Assembly (NCBI GenBank): GCA_041671225.1
Contig: JBAZBY010000001.1
Span: 763,454 to 827,453, forward strand
Direction: 5' to 3'
Length of the DNA stretch: 64,000 nt
From: Patescibacteria group bacterium
GTDB lineage: Bacteria; Patescibacteriota; Patescibacteriia; JBAZBY01
Below the pieces are notes generated by a model that made no database searches, had not been told where the DNA came from, and saw only the letters and a list, made by a program, of their open reading frames with translations. Each line of letters begins with the position of its first letter. The first letter of the stretch is position 1. Below are positions 27,926 to 36,911 of this stretch, piece after piece. The position numbers and the translations under genes were made by a program.

Positions 27926-28313
27926 GCAAGGAGAAAAAAATCCAGAATCCCAACCACACATTGTCCGGGCATCACTAGACGAAATTGTTGTTTATGATGT
28001 TACAGAGGATGAACTCGACATACTTGAAAATGGTTCACCTAGCTCGCAATACCTGAATTTTGCTTTATTTGCCCTTTCCAGTTTCCTTTCCTTTCTCGCC
28101 GTTTTGCTGACGGTTACAATTGAATTGGACAGAATTTTCATGGTGTTTATTGTGGTTACCATTGTGTCGGGGGCTGCCGGAGCCATTTTTGGAATTCTTT
28201 GGTTTCATAATCGGGTATCAGTAAATAAAATGACCGCTAGAATTCGTAAACGTAAAAGAATACCCGAAGCTCAGGATAGTAGTGGTCAACAGATCAACGT
28301 AACCACTAAATGA
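27918..28313 (+). CDS. Two-TM membrane protein
   Basis: Two hydrophobic helices; overlaps upstream stop. Confidence 0.6.
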   Translation: MVEQGEKNPESQPHIVRASLDEIVVYDVTEDELDILENGSPSSQYLNFALFALSSFLSFLAVLLTVTIELDRIFMVFIVVTIVSGAAGAIFGILWFHNRVSVNKMTARIRKRKRIPEAQDSSGQQINVTTK

Positions 28314-28368
28314 TAGGGCTTGTAGCTTCGGAATTCTAAGCCCCTCTGGCACTCTGGAAAAACTTTTC

Positions 28369-28397
28369 TTGACGCCCCTCCTCTCGGGGCGTATGGT
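28369..28397 (+). promoter_or_regulatory. Sigma70-like promoter module, copy 2
   Basis: TTGACG-N17-TATGGT. Confidence 0.6.
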
Positions 28398-28439
28398 TGT
28401 GTTTGGATATACATGGAATACAAATTAGTTTGATACTTC

Positions 28440-29708
28440 ATGCCCAGAAAAAGAAGCTCGAAGCGAAAACGTCAACAGGATGAGTTTGATCGATTATCAA
28501 AAGTTTTTGTAAGTAGAATTGTACCAATTTATGACTTATTTTTATTATTCCAAAATGTTAGAGATCAACGGTATAAAAAATTTGATAAAAATTTAAAATC
28601 ATTCCTCAAAAAAAGATACATCACAAGTGAGGGAAAAATAGCAAAACTCCAAATTGAACATCCTCAAGAATTCAGGGCTTTGATTGCAACACAAAAAGAA
28701 CTTAACGAATTAATATTTGCAAGAACACGAATCCCTTCCGCCTTTTTGTCGTTGCTGCTTGAGGAATACGAAACATTTGTTCAAAAATGTTTACAACTTT
28801 ATTTTCAAAAAAAATCTTATCGGCTTTATAGGTCTGATAAAACATTAAGTTATGAGGAAATTCTGAAGGTTAATTCAGCTTTAGGTTTGAAGGAACGAAT
28901 CTTCCAGAAGGAATCAAAGAAAATTATCGATGATGGCGTGAGCGGTATTATCAAGTGGTTTCAGCATGAGGAGATTCAAATACAAAATTACCTCTTTGAT
29001 ATTTGGATGCTAGCTGAAATATTTCAAAGAAGAAATATGCACGTTCACAATCTTGGTAGAGTTGATGAAAAATATATTAGTGTTCTTAAAAATGCAGAAT
29101 TTCCGAATCATTCGAAACTAAAAATAGGTGAGAGATTACCAATCGATTCGGATTATCTGGAAAAAGCTCTCGAGGCTTTTATTGAGAGTGGCATAATAAT
29201 TGCAACCCTACTTTGGATGAAGTGTAGTCCAAAGGATAAAAATAAAAGAATGGAGAATTTATATGAGCTTGGGTACAAATTACTTGAAGAACATAAATAT
29301 GGTTGTTCAGGTAAGGTTCTAAATTTCGCGCAGCATTCGAGTATGACTATTGGTAGCAAAAAGGAACTAAAAATTATTAATATCATAAACCTTGCAACCG
29401 CATATAAATTGTCCGGTGATCGAAAAAAATTTAAATCAACACTATCATTAATTAATAGAACAGAATTAGATGAAAGATTTCAATTTGCTATTGCCGTTCT
29501 TGAGCATAAGTATGTGTTAGCATCTGAATTGATGAAGAAGATTGGAAGAAATGGTTCAATAAGGCGCGATGATTACCATGAGTGGCCACTATTAGCAAAA
29601 TTTAGAAAAACAAAACTTTTTATTAAAACTTACAAAGGTATTTTTGGAGATAATTATAATTTTAAGAGTCCATTTACATCCCGTGTATTTAAAAATATTG
29701 ATCTCTAA
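28440..29708 (+). CDS. Putative HEPN-domain protein with C-terminal helical (TPR-like) region
   Basis: RRNMHVHN R-x4-H motif; very AT-rich. Confidence 0.55.
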   Translation: MPRKRSSKRKRQQDEFDRLSKVFVSRIVPIYDLFLLFQNVRDQRYKKFDKNLKSFLKKRYITSEGKIAKLQIEHPQEFRALIATQKELNELIFARTRIPSAFLSLLLEEYETFVQKCLQLYFQKKSYRLYRSDKTLSYEEILKVNSALGLKERIFQKESKKIIDDGVSGIIKWFQHEEIQIQNYLFDIWMLAEIFQRRNMHVHNLGRVDEKYISVLKNAEFPNHSKLKIGERLPIDSDYLEKALEAFIESGIIIATLLWMKCSPKDKNKRMENLYELGYKLLEEHKYGCSGKVLNFAQHSSMTIGSKKELKIINIINLATAYKLSGDRKKFKSTLSLINRTELDERFQFAIAVLEHKYVLASELMKKIGRNGSIRRDDYHEWPLLAKFRKTKLFIKTYKGIFGDNYNFKSPFTSRVFKNIDL

Positions 29709-29798
29709 CACGAACTTCATTATTGAGTCTAAATAGACATCCCCACCCCCCCAACAGTAAAGCCCAAAAAGTATCTCCACCCAAAACCCAAAACACAC

Positions 29799-30350
29799 AT
29801 GCACATGCCCCCATACACCATCCGTAAAAGCAGACGCGCACGGCATATGCGCCTGGCAGTGCATTCGGATGGCGCAGTCATCGTCACGCTTCCGTGGTAC
29901 GTTCCGAGCCGCATGGCAGAGCGTTTTGTGCATGCGCACCATGCATGGCTTTCTTCCAAGCTCGCCACATGCAAGAAACAGCAACAACCGCCAATGCCAA
30001 AGCACACCTCTTCCGAGATCCGCACATACACAAAAGCGGCACGAGACCTCGCAGCAGAGCGCATCGCACAGGTGAATCAGCATTACCAGCTTCCCTTTGG
30101 GCGCATTGCCATCCGCAACCAGCGCACGCGGTGGGGGAGCTGCTCAAAGAAAAAGAACATCAACTTCAATTACCGCATCGCGCTGCTGCCTGCAGAGCTT
30201 GCTGACTACATCATTGTCCACGAGCTCTGCCACACCAAGGAATTCAACCATTCCACAAAGTTCTGGGCATTGGTCGCAGAGACCGTGCCGGAGTACAAAA
30301 TACTGCGAAAGCGGCTGCGGGAAGAGCATAGTGTCTATTCGATGATGTAG
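29799..30350 (+). CDS. YgjP/SprT-like metal-dependent hydrolase
   Basis: RWGSCS, DYIIVHELCH, NHS..FW. Confidence 0.9.
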   Translation: MHMPPYTIRKSRRARHMRLAVHSDGAVIVTLPWYVPSRMAERFVHAHHAWLSSKLATCKKQQQPPMPKHTSSEIRTYTKAARDLAAERIAQVNQHYQLPFGRIAIRNQRTRWGSCSKKKNINFNYRIALLPAELADYIIVHELCHTKEFNHSTKFWALVAETVPEYKILRKRLREEHSVYSMM

Positions 30351-30426
30351 TTTTTCCCCACCCCTCCGCACGGTTGTCACACAGCAAAAACACCCCAGTG
30401 ATACCGTCACAGCGGTGTGGTGTTTT

Positions 30427-30759
30427 TTATGCGGAGAAGATGTTCCGTTCGTTCAACGGAATATGCTGCCCTTTGAGTTCCCGGACGAGGCTGTGGAGCG
30501 CGCGATCCGTACCAACCAGTTCAAGCACGGCAACTTTCACGTCACCGAGCTCTGATTTAATCTCAATGATACCACTTTCCATCCGATCCATCCGGGCGTC
30601 CATCCGATCCATCCGCGTATCTTGTTTTCCCTGGCCACGAACAAGCTGTTCGTTCAGGTCGCGAATCGAGCCACTGAGAACTTCAGTTTGGGCTTCAAAC
30701 TGTGTTTTGAACAGCTCCTTGATGGTGCTGATATCGTTGTGTGTGAGAGACATGTTCAT
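30427..30759 (-). CDS. Small coiled-coil hypothetical protein
   Basis: RMDRMDARMDRME heptad repeat (21-bp unit duplicated at 30578-30619). Confidence 0.6.
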   Translation of the reverse strand: MNMSLTHNDISTIKELFKTQFEAQTEVLSGSIRDLNEQLVRGQGKQDTRMDRMDARMDRMESGIIEIKSELGDVKVAVLELVGTDRALHSLVRELKGQHIPLNERNIFSA

Positions 30760-30875
30760 AACTCCGTACCGCCGTAAAATGGGAATACAGTATACCCCTT
30801 GCAAAAATACGCTGTCAAAGGTATATATGCACTGCATATCTTTCTGGCAAGCATCTTAGCATTCATCGCATTTTT

Positions 30876-31127
30876 ATGCCCACCCCACACAACGACAACC
30901 AAGAAGAATTCAAAGTCTCCGGTGATGATCTGGTGAAGAAAGTGAAAGAGATCATCAAAGAGGGGAACGCCCGCAGGATCATCATCAAGAATGAGAAAGG
31001 CGAAGAGATATTGCAGATGCCGGTCACGGTCGGCGTGATCGGGACCGTGTTCGCCTTCCCGCTTGCAGCCATTGGCGCCGTTGCCGCGTTGGTCACCAAC
31101 TGTACGTTGGTGGTGATCAAGAAGTAG
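30876..31127 (+). CDS. DUF4342 family protein
   Basis: VKKVKEIIKEGNARRIIIK..P.TVG. Confidence 0.85.
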   Translation: MPTPHNDNQEEFKVSGDDLVKKVKEIIKEGNARRIIIKNEKGEEILQMPVTVGVIGTVFAFPLAAIGAVAALVTNCTLVVIKK

Positions 31128-31191
31128 CAGGCGGACGCGTTTCTCTCCGCAAGCCCATTACTCCCGGGGTGTTTTTTGGTATACTTCTCGC

Positions 31192-31713
31192 ATGAAACCA
31201 TTCCTCCTTATTATTGATGGCCCAATGGGTTCAGGGAAGACGACCACGGCGGAGATGATGCACAAGAAGTTTCCCCGAACCGCAATACTCGGCCTCGATC
31301 GTATCAAGTGGTCTGTTTCTGGATTCAAGCGCGACACACGGAATAACACCATCATCTATGATGTGGTCTTTGCGATGACCAGCGCATTTCTTGCGCATGG
31401 GGTGAATGTCATCGTGGAACAAGGATTCCGGAAGGGGATGGTTGAACAGTACCAGAAGCGCGGGAAGCAATTGGGCGCACGGACCGTCACGGTACAGCTC
31501 ATCGCGCCACGAAAAGCACTCATCGAACGCGTTGATGCCCGCAGAAAGAAACCGAAGTTTCCCGGACGCACGCAGATCTCACACGCTCGCGTGCTCCGTA
31601 ATTTTCGGAAGCATGCAGCAAAACCGCTGATCAAGGGTCACATTCTTGATACCACAACACTTTCTCCGAAGAAGGTCGTGAAAAAGATCATGCAAATGAT
31701 ATCGAAGCCGTAG
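31192..31713 (+). CDS. P-loop kinase (AAA_33-like)
   Basis: IIDGPMGSGKTT. Confidence 0.8.
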   Translation: MKPFLLIIDGPMGSGKTTTAEMMHKKFPRTAILGLDRIKWSVSGFKRDTRNNTIIYDVVFAMTSAFLAHGVNVIVEQGFRKGMVEQYQKRGKQLGARTVTVQLIAPRKALIERVDARRKKPKFPGRTQISHARVLRNFRKHAAKPLIKGHILDTTTLSPKKVVKKIMQMISKP

Positions 31714-31806
31714 TAGTGATGGTGAGACAGAAGTAGTAGGACAGACAAGGTTGACAATTTCTCTATATTATAATACGATTATAATACTGATTTTTCATAC
31801 ACACCT

Positions 31807-32046
31807 ATGACCCAAAAAGTACTCAAAGTCGGCAGCTCTGCTGCGGTGACCATTCCAAAGGAAGCGTTGGTTGATTTGCAATGGAAAATCGGAGATAGAG
31901 TGACTGTGGAAAAAGACACCAAACGTGGTGGCCTTGTTATCTTGCCGGTACGCAAAGGAAAGATCGATGCAGAAGTGCTTGACTGGACGGATAACTTCAT
32001 CAAAAAGTACCGTCCGGCACTGGAAGCATTGGCAAACAAGAAATGA
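31807..32046 (+). CDS. AbrB/MazE-type antitoxin
   Basis: KVGSSAAVTIPK; C-terminal YRPALEALA; overlaps Doc gene. Confidence 0.85.
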   Translation: MTQKVLKVGSSAAVTIPKEALVDLQWKIGDRVTVEKDTKRGGLVILPVRKGKIDAEVLDWTDNFIKKYRPALEALANKK

Positions 32047-32426
32047 CGTACCTCGACGGCGAAGAGGTGCTGGTGCTTCATGCCCGCATGATCGAACTGA
32101 TCGGCGGTTCGCATGGCGTTCGCGATGCTGAGCTGTTGAAGTCTATTCTTGAAGCGCCGAAGCAACGTTTTGGCGGCAAGGCATTACATGCAACCGTATG
32201 GGAAAAGGCGGCAGTATATCTGGAACGCTTTGCGCAGTTTCACGTGTTTGTGGATGGCAATAAGCGGACGGCCATTATTGCGACAGCACGGTTCTTGTAT
32301 CTCAACGGCTATACCTATCATGCGACGAATACAGAAACGGAGCGGTTTGTGTTGCGCGTTACTACAGAGAAACTTGATATGAAGGAAATTGCTGCGTGGC
32401 TGAAGAATCACAGTAAGAAGCAATAA
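32043..32426 (+). CDS. Death-on-curing (Doc/Fic) toxin
   Basis: GGSHGVRD, HVFVDGNKRTA. Confidence 0.9.
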   Translation: MTYLDGEEVLVLHARMIELIGGSHGVRDAELLKSILEAPKQRFGGKALHATVWEKAAVYLERFAQFHVFVDGNKRTAIIATARFLYLNGYTYHATNTETERFVLRVTTEKLDMKEIAAWLKNHSKKQ

Positions 32427-32470
32427 TCGTCGGTTCTTGGAGGCGCAAGGATAGAATTTACTATATATGT

Positions 32471-32860
32471 ATGCGCAATCGGGCCGTTGGCATCATCCTG
32501 AATAATGGAAAGCTATTATTACTTCGCCGTGTGAAGCCGGACGAGGAATATTTTGTGCTTCCCGGCGGCGGTATCGAAGAAGGGGAGACTCCGGAACAGG
32601 CGCTGCTGCGCGAACTGCACGATGAGCTTGGTATTGAACCGTCAACGCATGAGAAGGTATTTACGCGCCACACAGATAATGGCGAGGAACACTACTTTCT
32701 CATCACCGCACATGCCGGCACCCCCAACCTTGGCCCGGAGATCCGCGCGCGCATGACAGAAGAGAATCAGTATTTCATCCACTGGGTCGACGTGATGCGG
32801 CTTCCTGCTTCCTTCCAGCCGCGGGAAATACAGGAACGGATCCGAGCATTAAAAATGTAG
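32471..32860 (+). CDS. NUDIX hydrolase
   Basis: PGGGIEEGETPEQALLRELHDELG Nudix box. Confidence 0.9.
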   Translation: MRNRAVGIILNNGKLLLLRRVKPDEEYFVLPGGGIEEGETPEQALLRELHDELGIEPSTHEKVFTRHTDNGEEHYFLITAHAGTPNLGPEIRARMTEENQYFIHWVDVMRLPASFQPREIQERIRALKM

Positions 32861-32894
32861 GATCCTTTCTGGTATTATTTGCTATACTTCCCGT

Positions 32895-33470
32895 ATGTCT
32901 GAATCAATATCTCAAGAACACGTGAAGCGCCCGACAGCTTTTACAATCACCACTACCATTGCATTCAGCGTGCTGCCGCTGGTGTTTCTGCTGACCGGCT
33001 ATGCTTCTGGCGTGGCGGTGTTTGCCGCGTTCTGTTATGAAGCTCTGGTGCTCACATTGTTGCAGCCTGTCCGGTTTATCCTTGCCCGGGCGCCGCGGAA
33101 AGAGCCGTTTGTGTGGCTGCTTGGTATGAGTGGGTTCCTTGGGGGAGCGGGGGTATTTGCGAACGAGTTTGCACCGGAGCTCATTCGGGCTATGGTCACC
33201 ACACCCACGATAGTGCTTGGCGTAAGCTTTCTCGTGCAGCATACCGTGGAGCTCGTGATGGCGGTGCGCCGTGGTGAGTTGAAAGATGATGGCGGGAACC
33301 CAACGTTCCGGACGCTGGGGTATCTCTGGCTCCTTGCAATGGTGGTGGTGGTGAGTGTTGCCAGCGGACAGTTTGGGTTGGTTGTGCCGGCGTATAGCAT
33401 CGTGATTGTGAAGATGCTTGCTGATGCGTGGATGCTGGTTGCCCGGTGGCAGCAGGCTGCGCGCGCATGA
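32895..33470 (+). CDS. Integral membrane protein
   Basis: Multiple TM segments; TATACT-N6-ATG start. Confidence 0.65.
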   Translation: MSESISQEHVKRPTAFTITTTIAFSVLPLVFLLTGYASGVAVFAAFCYEALVLTLLQPVRFILARAPRKEPFVWLLGMSGFLGGAGVFANEFAPELIRAMVTTPTIVLGVSFLVQHTVELVMAVRRGELKDDGGNPTFRTLGYLWLLAMVVVVSVASGQFGLVVPAYSIVIVKMLADAWMLVARWQQAARA

Positions 33471-33647
33471 CGTACGCATAACCCCTCACTCATCCTCGGC
33501 AAAATCACCACCCAGCAGGTGAGGCGCGCAGCACGAACTGCACGTCCTTTTGGCATTGACACGGGTGCATATCTTTGAGAGGTTGACCATAGTTCTAGAG
33601 GGGGTCTCATGCCCCTTTTTGTGTGCCGTTCATCCGCGGAGGAGGAT

Positions 33648-33812
33648 ATGCGCATGTGGTTCTGGATCTTTCTCGTTGCCGGTCTCATCGCCGGCCACTT
33701 TGCTGGCAGCTGGTGGGCTGGCACCGTCATCGGCGGCACTATCGGCGTGGTTATTCAGGTGATCATCACCGAGAGGAAGAAGGCCCGGCCCGGGCGTCGC
33801 CGCCCCCGCTGA
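33648..33812 (+). CDS. Small membrane protein
   Basis: Strong SD GGAGGAGG; two short hydrophobic helices and basic tail. Confidence 0.6.
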   Translation: MRMWFWIFLVAGLIAGHFAGSWWAGTVIGGTIGVVIQVIITERKKARPGRRRPR

Positions 33813-33995
33813 AGGAGCAGTGTCTCATCAGGTGGCAGGCAACTCCATGCGGGTTCGCCTGCCACCATCATTACCACCTCGACTTATTAGAAGAAAAGCA
33901 GACGCTTCACCCATCTCTGATTGACAGGTGAATTTTCTTCTGGTAAGACGTAGCTGTTCAAGAATGGTTCGGTTTTGCAACCATGGAGGGGGCGA

Positions 33996-34349
33996 ATGGC
34001 AAGACAAGCGCAGCGTGTGCAGTGTCGGATTTGTGAGGACAAGGACAAGCGGAGTGAAATGCACGTCAATGCAGGGGGGATCGCCGTATGCAAGAAGTGC
34101 CACGGGACCTGCGTGAAGTGCAGGAGGCCCATCCCGCAGGAAGAGCGGCGGAAAAACGGTTTTTTCTGCCAGTCCTGCGTCGGCGGCGCGAAAGATGAAG
34201 CGCGGGCGGCCTATCCGTGCGATCCGCACGTCCACACCGCCATTGATTTCTCCGATCGTTCGCGCAGGGCGCTCCACAGCCCTATCACTGGTCATCCGTA
34301 CAGGCAGCGGGTGTACCTGGAGTCCAGCGACGATGACAACGAGTCCTGA
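33996..34349 (+). CDS. Cys-rich (four CxxC) zinc-finger-like hypothetical protein
   Basis: CRIC, CKKC, CVKC, CQSC; SD GGAGGGG. Confidence 0.55.
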   Translation: MARQAQRVQCRICEDKDKRSEMHVNAGGIAVCKKCHGTCVKCRRPIPQEERRKNGFFCQSCVGGAKDEARAAYPCDPHVHTAIDFSDRSRRALHSPITGHPYRQRVYLESSDDDNES

Positions 34350-34493
34350 TCATTCCAGACCTTAACCGCGGCAGGTCGGCCCCTTCTGGGACCGACCTGC
34401 CACACCCCTCATTGTCTTTGTGGTGTGTTTTTGCGTATACGAAAATCCTTCTAATGCTCTCCCGATGCAAATTGTTTCTGCTATACTTCTTTT

Positions 34494-35006
34494 ATGCCCA
34501 ATCTCTTCCTCATCCTCGGCGACATCACTACTGAGCAGGTTGATGCGATTGTGAATGCCGCAAATCCTTCCCTTGCAGGTGGCGGGGGCGTGGATGGCGC
34601 CATTCATGCCGCAGCCGGACCGGAACTTAAGGAAGCTGCAGTAAAACTTGCGCCCTGCCCAACCGGTGAGGCGCGCATCACGCCGGGTTTTCACCTGCCG
34701 GCGAAGTTTGTGATCCACACTGTTGGTCCGGTGTATGGCGAGGAACAGGGCAGGGAAGCGGCACTGCTTGCCTCCTGCTATGCGCAAAGTCTTGCACTTG
34801 CGGAAGAACAGGGCGCAACAAGCATCGCATTCCCGTGCATTTCCACGGGCGTGTATGGGTATCCAAAAGCAGAGGCTGCTGCAATTGCCGTGGAGGCGGT
34901 AAAGAAATATTTTGTTGAACATCCAACGTCTTCCATGCGTGACGTGCGGTTCGTGGTGCATAGGGAGGAAGAGAAAATCATTTATCAAGATATTCTACAA
35001 AAATAG
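34494..35006 (+). CDS. Macro-domain protein (O-acetyl-ADP-ribose deacetylase, YmdB-like)
   Basis: [41 protein letters not shown]. Confidence 0.93.
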   Translation: MPNLFLILGDITTEQVDAIVNAANPSLAGGGGVDGAIHAAAGPELKEAAVKLAPCPTGEARITPGFHLPAKFVIHTVGPVYGEEQGREAALLASCYAQSLALAEEQGATSIAFPCISTGVYGYPKAEAAAIAVEAVKKYFVEHPTSSMRDVRFVVHREEEKIIYQDILQK

Positions 35007-35071
35007 ACTTGTAAGGTGACAGTGGACAAAACTCTTCATTCTCCCGCATAATGAAATAAAGGGGATAACCT

Positions 35072-35650
35072 ATGGCACACCACAAAAAAGGATTCACGCT
35101 CATTGAACTCTTAGTCGTCATCGCGATTATTGGAGTTCTCTCTGCAATTGGCCTGGTGTCTCTGAATGGTGCACGGGAAAAGGCACGAGATGCACAGCGC
35201 GTAAGTGATCTTGCCCAAATGAGCACCGCGCTTGTACTCTATTATGATGATCACGATCATACATACCCTGAGCAATTAGCGCAGAGCCTTGATGCGGAAG
35301 TGGATTGCGTCAATTCAGATAACGCCGGCTTTGATGTTGGGTTTACGTCAGACGGAACAAGTCTAACCCCTTCCGTGGTGGGGGAATTTATGGTATGGCA
35401 GAAAAGTGGGCCGATCGTCCCGCAGTATTTGTCTATAAATCTTTTTCCGCCGGGTGGTGGAACCGGATGGCAGGATCTCTACTGCTATGATACGAACAAT
35501 GCTGCGAGCACGCCGCAAAGTTCGTATATTATTTTCACCGGCCTTGAGGCAGGAAGCGGCAACGGATTTTTCTACATTAATTCCCGTGGGTTCACTGGAA
35601 ATACCAAACCGGCGTCATTGTGTGAAGCTCAGGACATTTGCATGCCTTAA
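35072..35650 (+). CDS. Type IV pilin / pseudopilin
   Basis: KKGFTLIELLVVIAIIG prepilin cleavage motif, AREKARDAQR. Confidence 0.92.
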   Translation: MAHHKKGFTLIELLVVIAIIGVLSAIGLVSLNGAREKARDAQRVSDLAQMSTALVLYYDDHDHTYPEQLAQSLDAEVDCVNSDNAGFDVGFTSDGTSLTPSVVGEFMVWQKSGPIVPQYLSINLFPPGGGTGWQDLYCYDTNNAASTPQSSYIIFTGLEAGSGNGFFYINSRGFTGNTKPASLCEAQDICMP

Positions 35651-35701
35651 TGCAGTGCAGCACGCCTCTGTGGTATTTTTAGATTTTTTGTATATTTACC
35701 A

Positions 35702-35782
35702 CACATCACGCCGGGCTTCAACGTGCCCGTGAAGTTTGTGATCCATACGTTTGCTGGTGTATGGGTATTCAAAAGCGAGGCT
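35702..35782 (+). pseudogene. Degenerate fragment of a macro-domain gene
   Basis: Encodes ITPGFNVPVKFVIHT, similar to 34674-34738, joined to sequence like 34851-34877. Confidence 0.7.
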
Positions 35783-35906
35783 ACATTTCTTGACACAAGC
35801 TTCATCACCTGATACGGTGCCGTGCTTGTCACAATGCTCATTCCCAAATGCTCAACGCGAGTATGCGGTGCAATGCGCGATTTTTGTTTAAGGAGGGCTC
35901 TCGGAA

Positions 35907-36809
35907 GTGAAGACTCGGAAGAAGGTTGCGCGCAAACCGCGGCCTCGTTGGCCATGGGCACTGGTTGGCATCCTCGTGCTGCTTGTGGTCATTGCCAAGC
36001 CGGTCATTCGCGAGTATGGCGAGTACCGACGGACAATGCCGTTCATTTCGATCACAGGTACCGAGCATGTCGACCCGGATTCGCTTCCGCGGGGTCTCAT
36101 CCTCACCGAGGATTACCTCGCGCAGTTTGAAGGGCTTCCGTGCCTCGCAAGCAAGCTGGAGAACATCCGGCAGAATATCCCCATCTGGAACGCGTTCATC
36201 GACTCCGCGTGGAACCAGGCGGATGGGCTCACCATCGATCTGCTCATGCAGGAGCACGCGTCTGAGCTCACTCCTGTGAGCAAAGGGATCGAGCGGAGCC
36301 AGCATGCCATAGAGAAGATCCTGGAGCGCGAGCGTTACTCCGTGGTTGGTTTTGAAGGCAACGATATCCCCAAAATCAACGAAGCAAGCCTCCGTACGTA
36401 CACGCGGAACTTGATGAGTTCGTTGGGGTTGTCGCCGATCGAAGGAGACGTTGTAGCGATAACGCGTGACTATATTGCACAGAATGGCGGTACGCGCTAC
36501 GCCCAGCGGCATCCGGACGTACATCTCTTCGGCTGCGAGGCTGAGAGCCTGCTCTCGGCGAACTCCTGCTTCGTGTATTCTTTCAAGGGATTGCGCTATG
36601 CGCGCGGGCAGGATCCGCTCATGGATAACCTCGTGGATGCTTTGGAGTTTTGCCGCAGCGAGATGGCGCTTGCCAAGACCATCTTAGAGCTTCACCGCCT
36701 TGGGGAAACCCGGGGCGCCATCATCATCGGCTCGTACCACGGGCCTGCGATGGAGGGGATGATGAAGCTTCTCAGGATTCGTGGCACCATCTACAACACG
36801 GCGAGGTAG
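35907..36809 (+). CDS. Hypothetical membrane-anchored protein
   Basis: N-terminal basic segment plus TM; 300-aa ORF followed by terminator. Confidence 0.65.
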   Translation: MKTRKKVARKPRPRWPWALVGILVLLVVIAKPVIREYGEYRRTMPFISITGTEHVDPDSLPRGLILTEDYLAQFEGLPCLASKLENIRQNIPIWNAFIDSAWNQADGLTIDLLMQEHASELTPVSKGIERSQHAIEKILERERYSVVGFEGNDIPKINEASLRTYTRNLMSSLGLSPIEGDVVAITRDYIAQNGGTRYAQRHPDVHLFGCEAESLLSANSCFVYSFKGLRYARGQDPLMDNLVDALEFCRSEMALAKTILELHRLGETRGAIIIGSYHGPAMEGMMKLLRIRGTIYNTAR

Positions 36810-36831
36810 GTGTACGAAGTTCGTTGTATTG

Positions 36832-36869
36832 TGCAGGCTGGTCCTCTTATTGAGGACCGGCCTGCTTTT
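36832..36869 (+). terminator. Intrinsic terminator
   Basis: gcaggctggtcctc-ttatt-gaggaccggcctgc then TTTT. Confidence 0.65.
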
Positions 36870-36911
36870 CCTTCTCTTGCTTTTGACCTAGAAATGCGGG
36901 ATTATTCCCTT

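Noticed and set aside
30578-30619. 21-bp tandem duplication
   Set aside because: It is an in-frame heptad repeat of a coiled-coil protein; ordinary.
35702-35782. Diversity-generating retroelement template/variable repeat pair
   Set aside because: Mismatches are not adenine-specific and no reverse transcriptase is present in the window.
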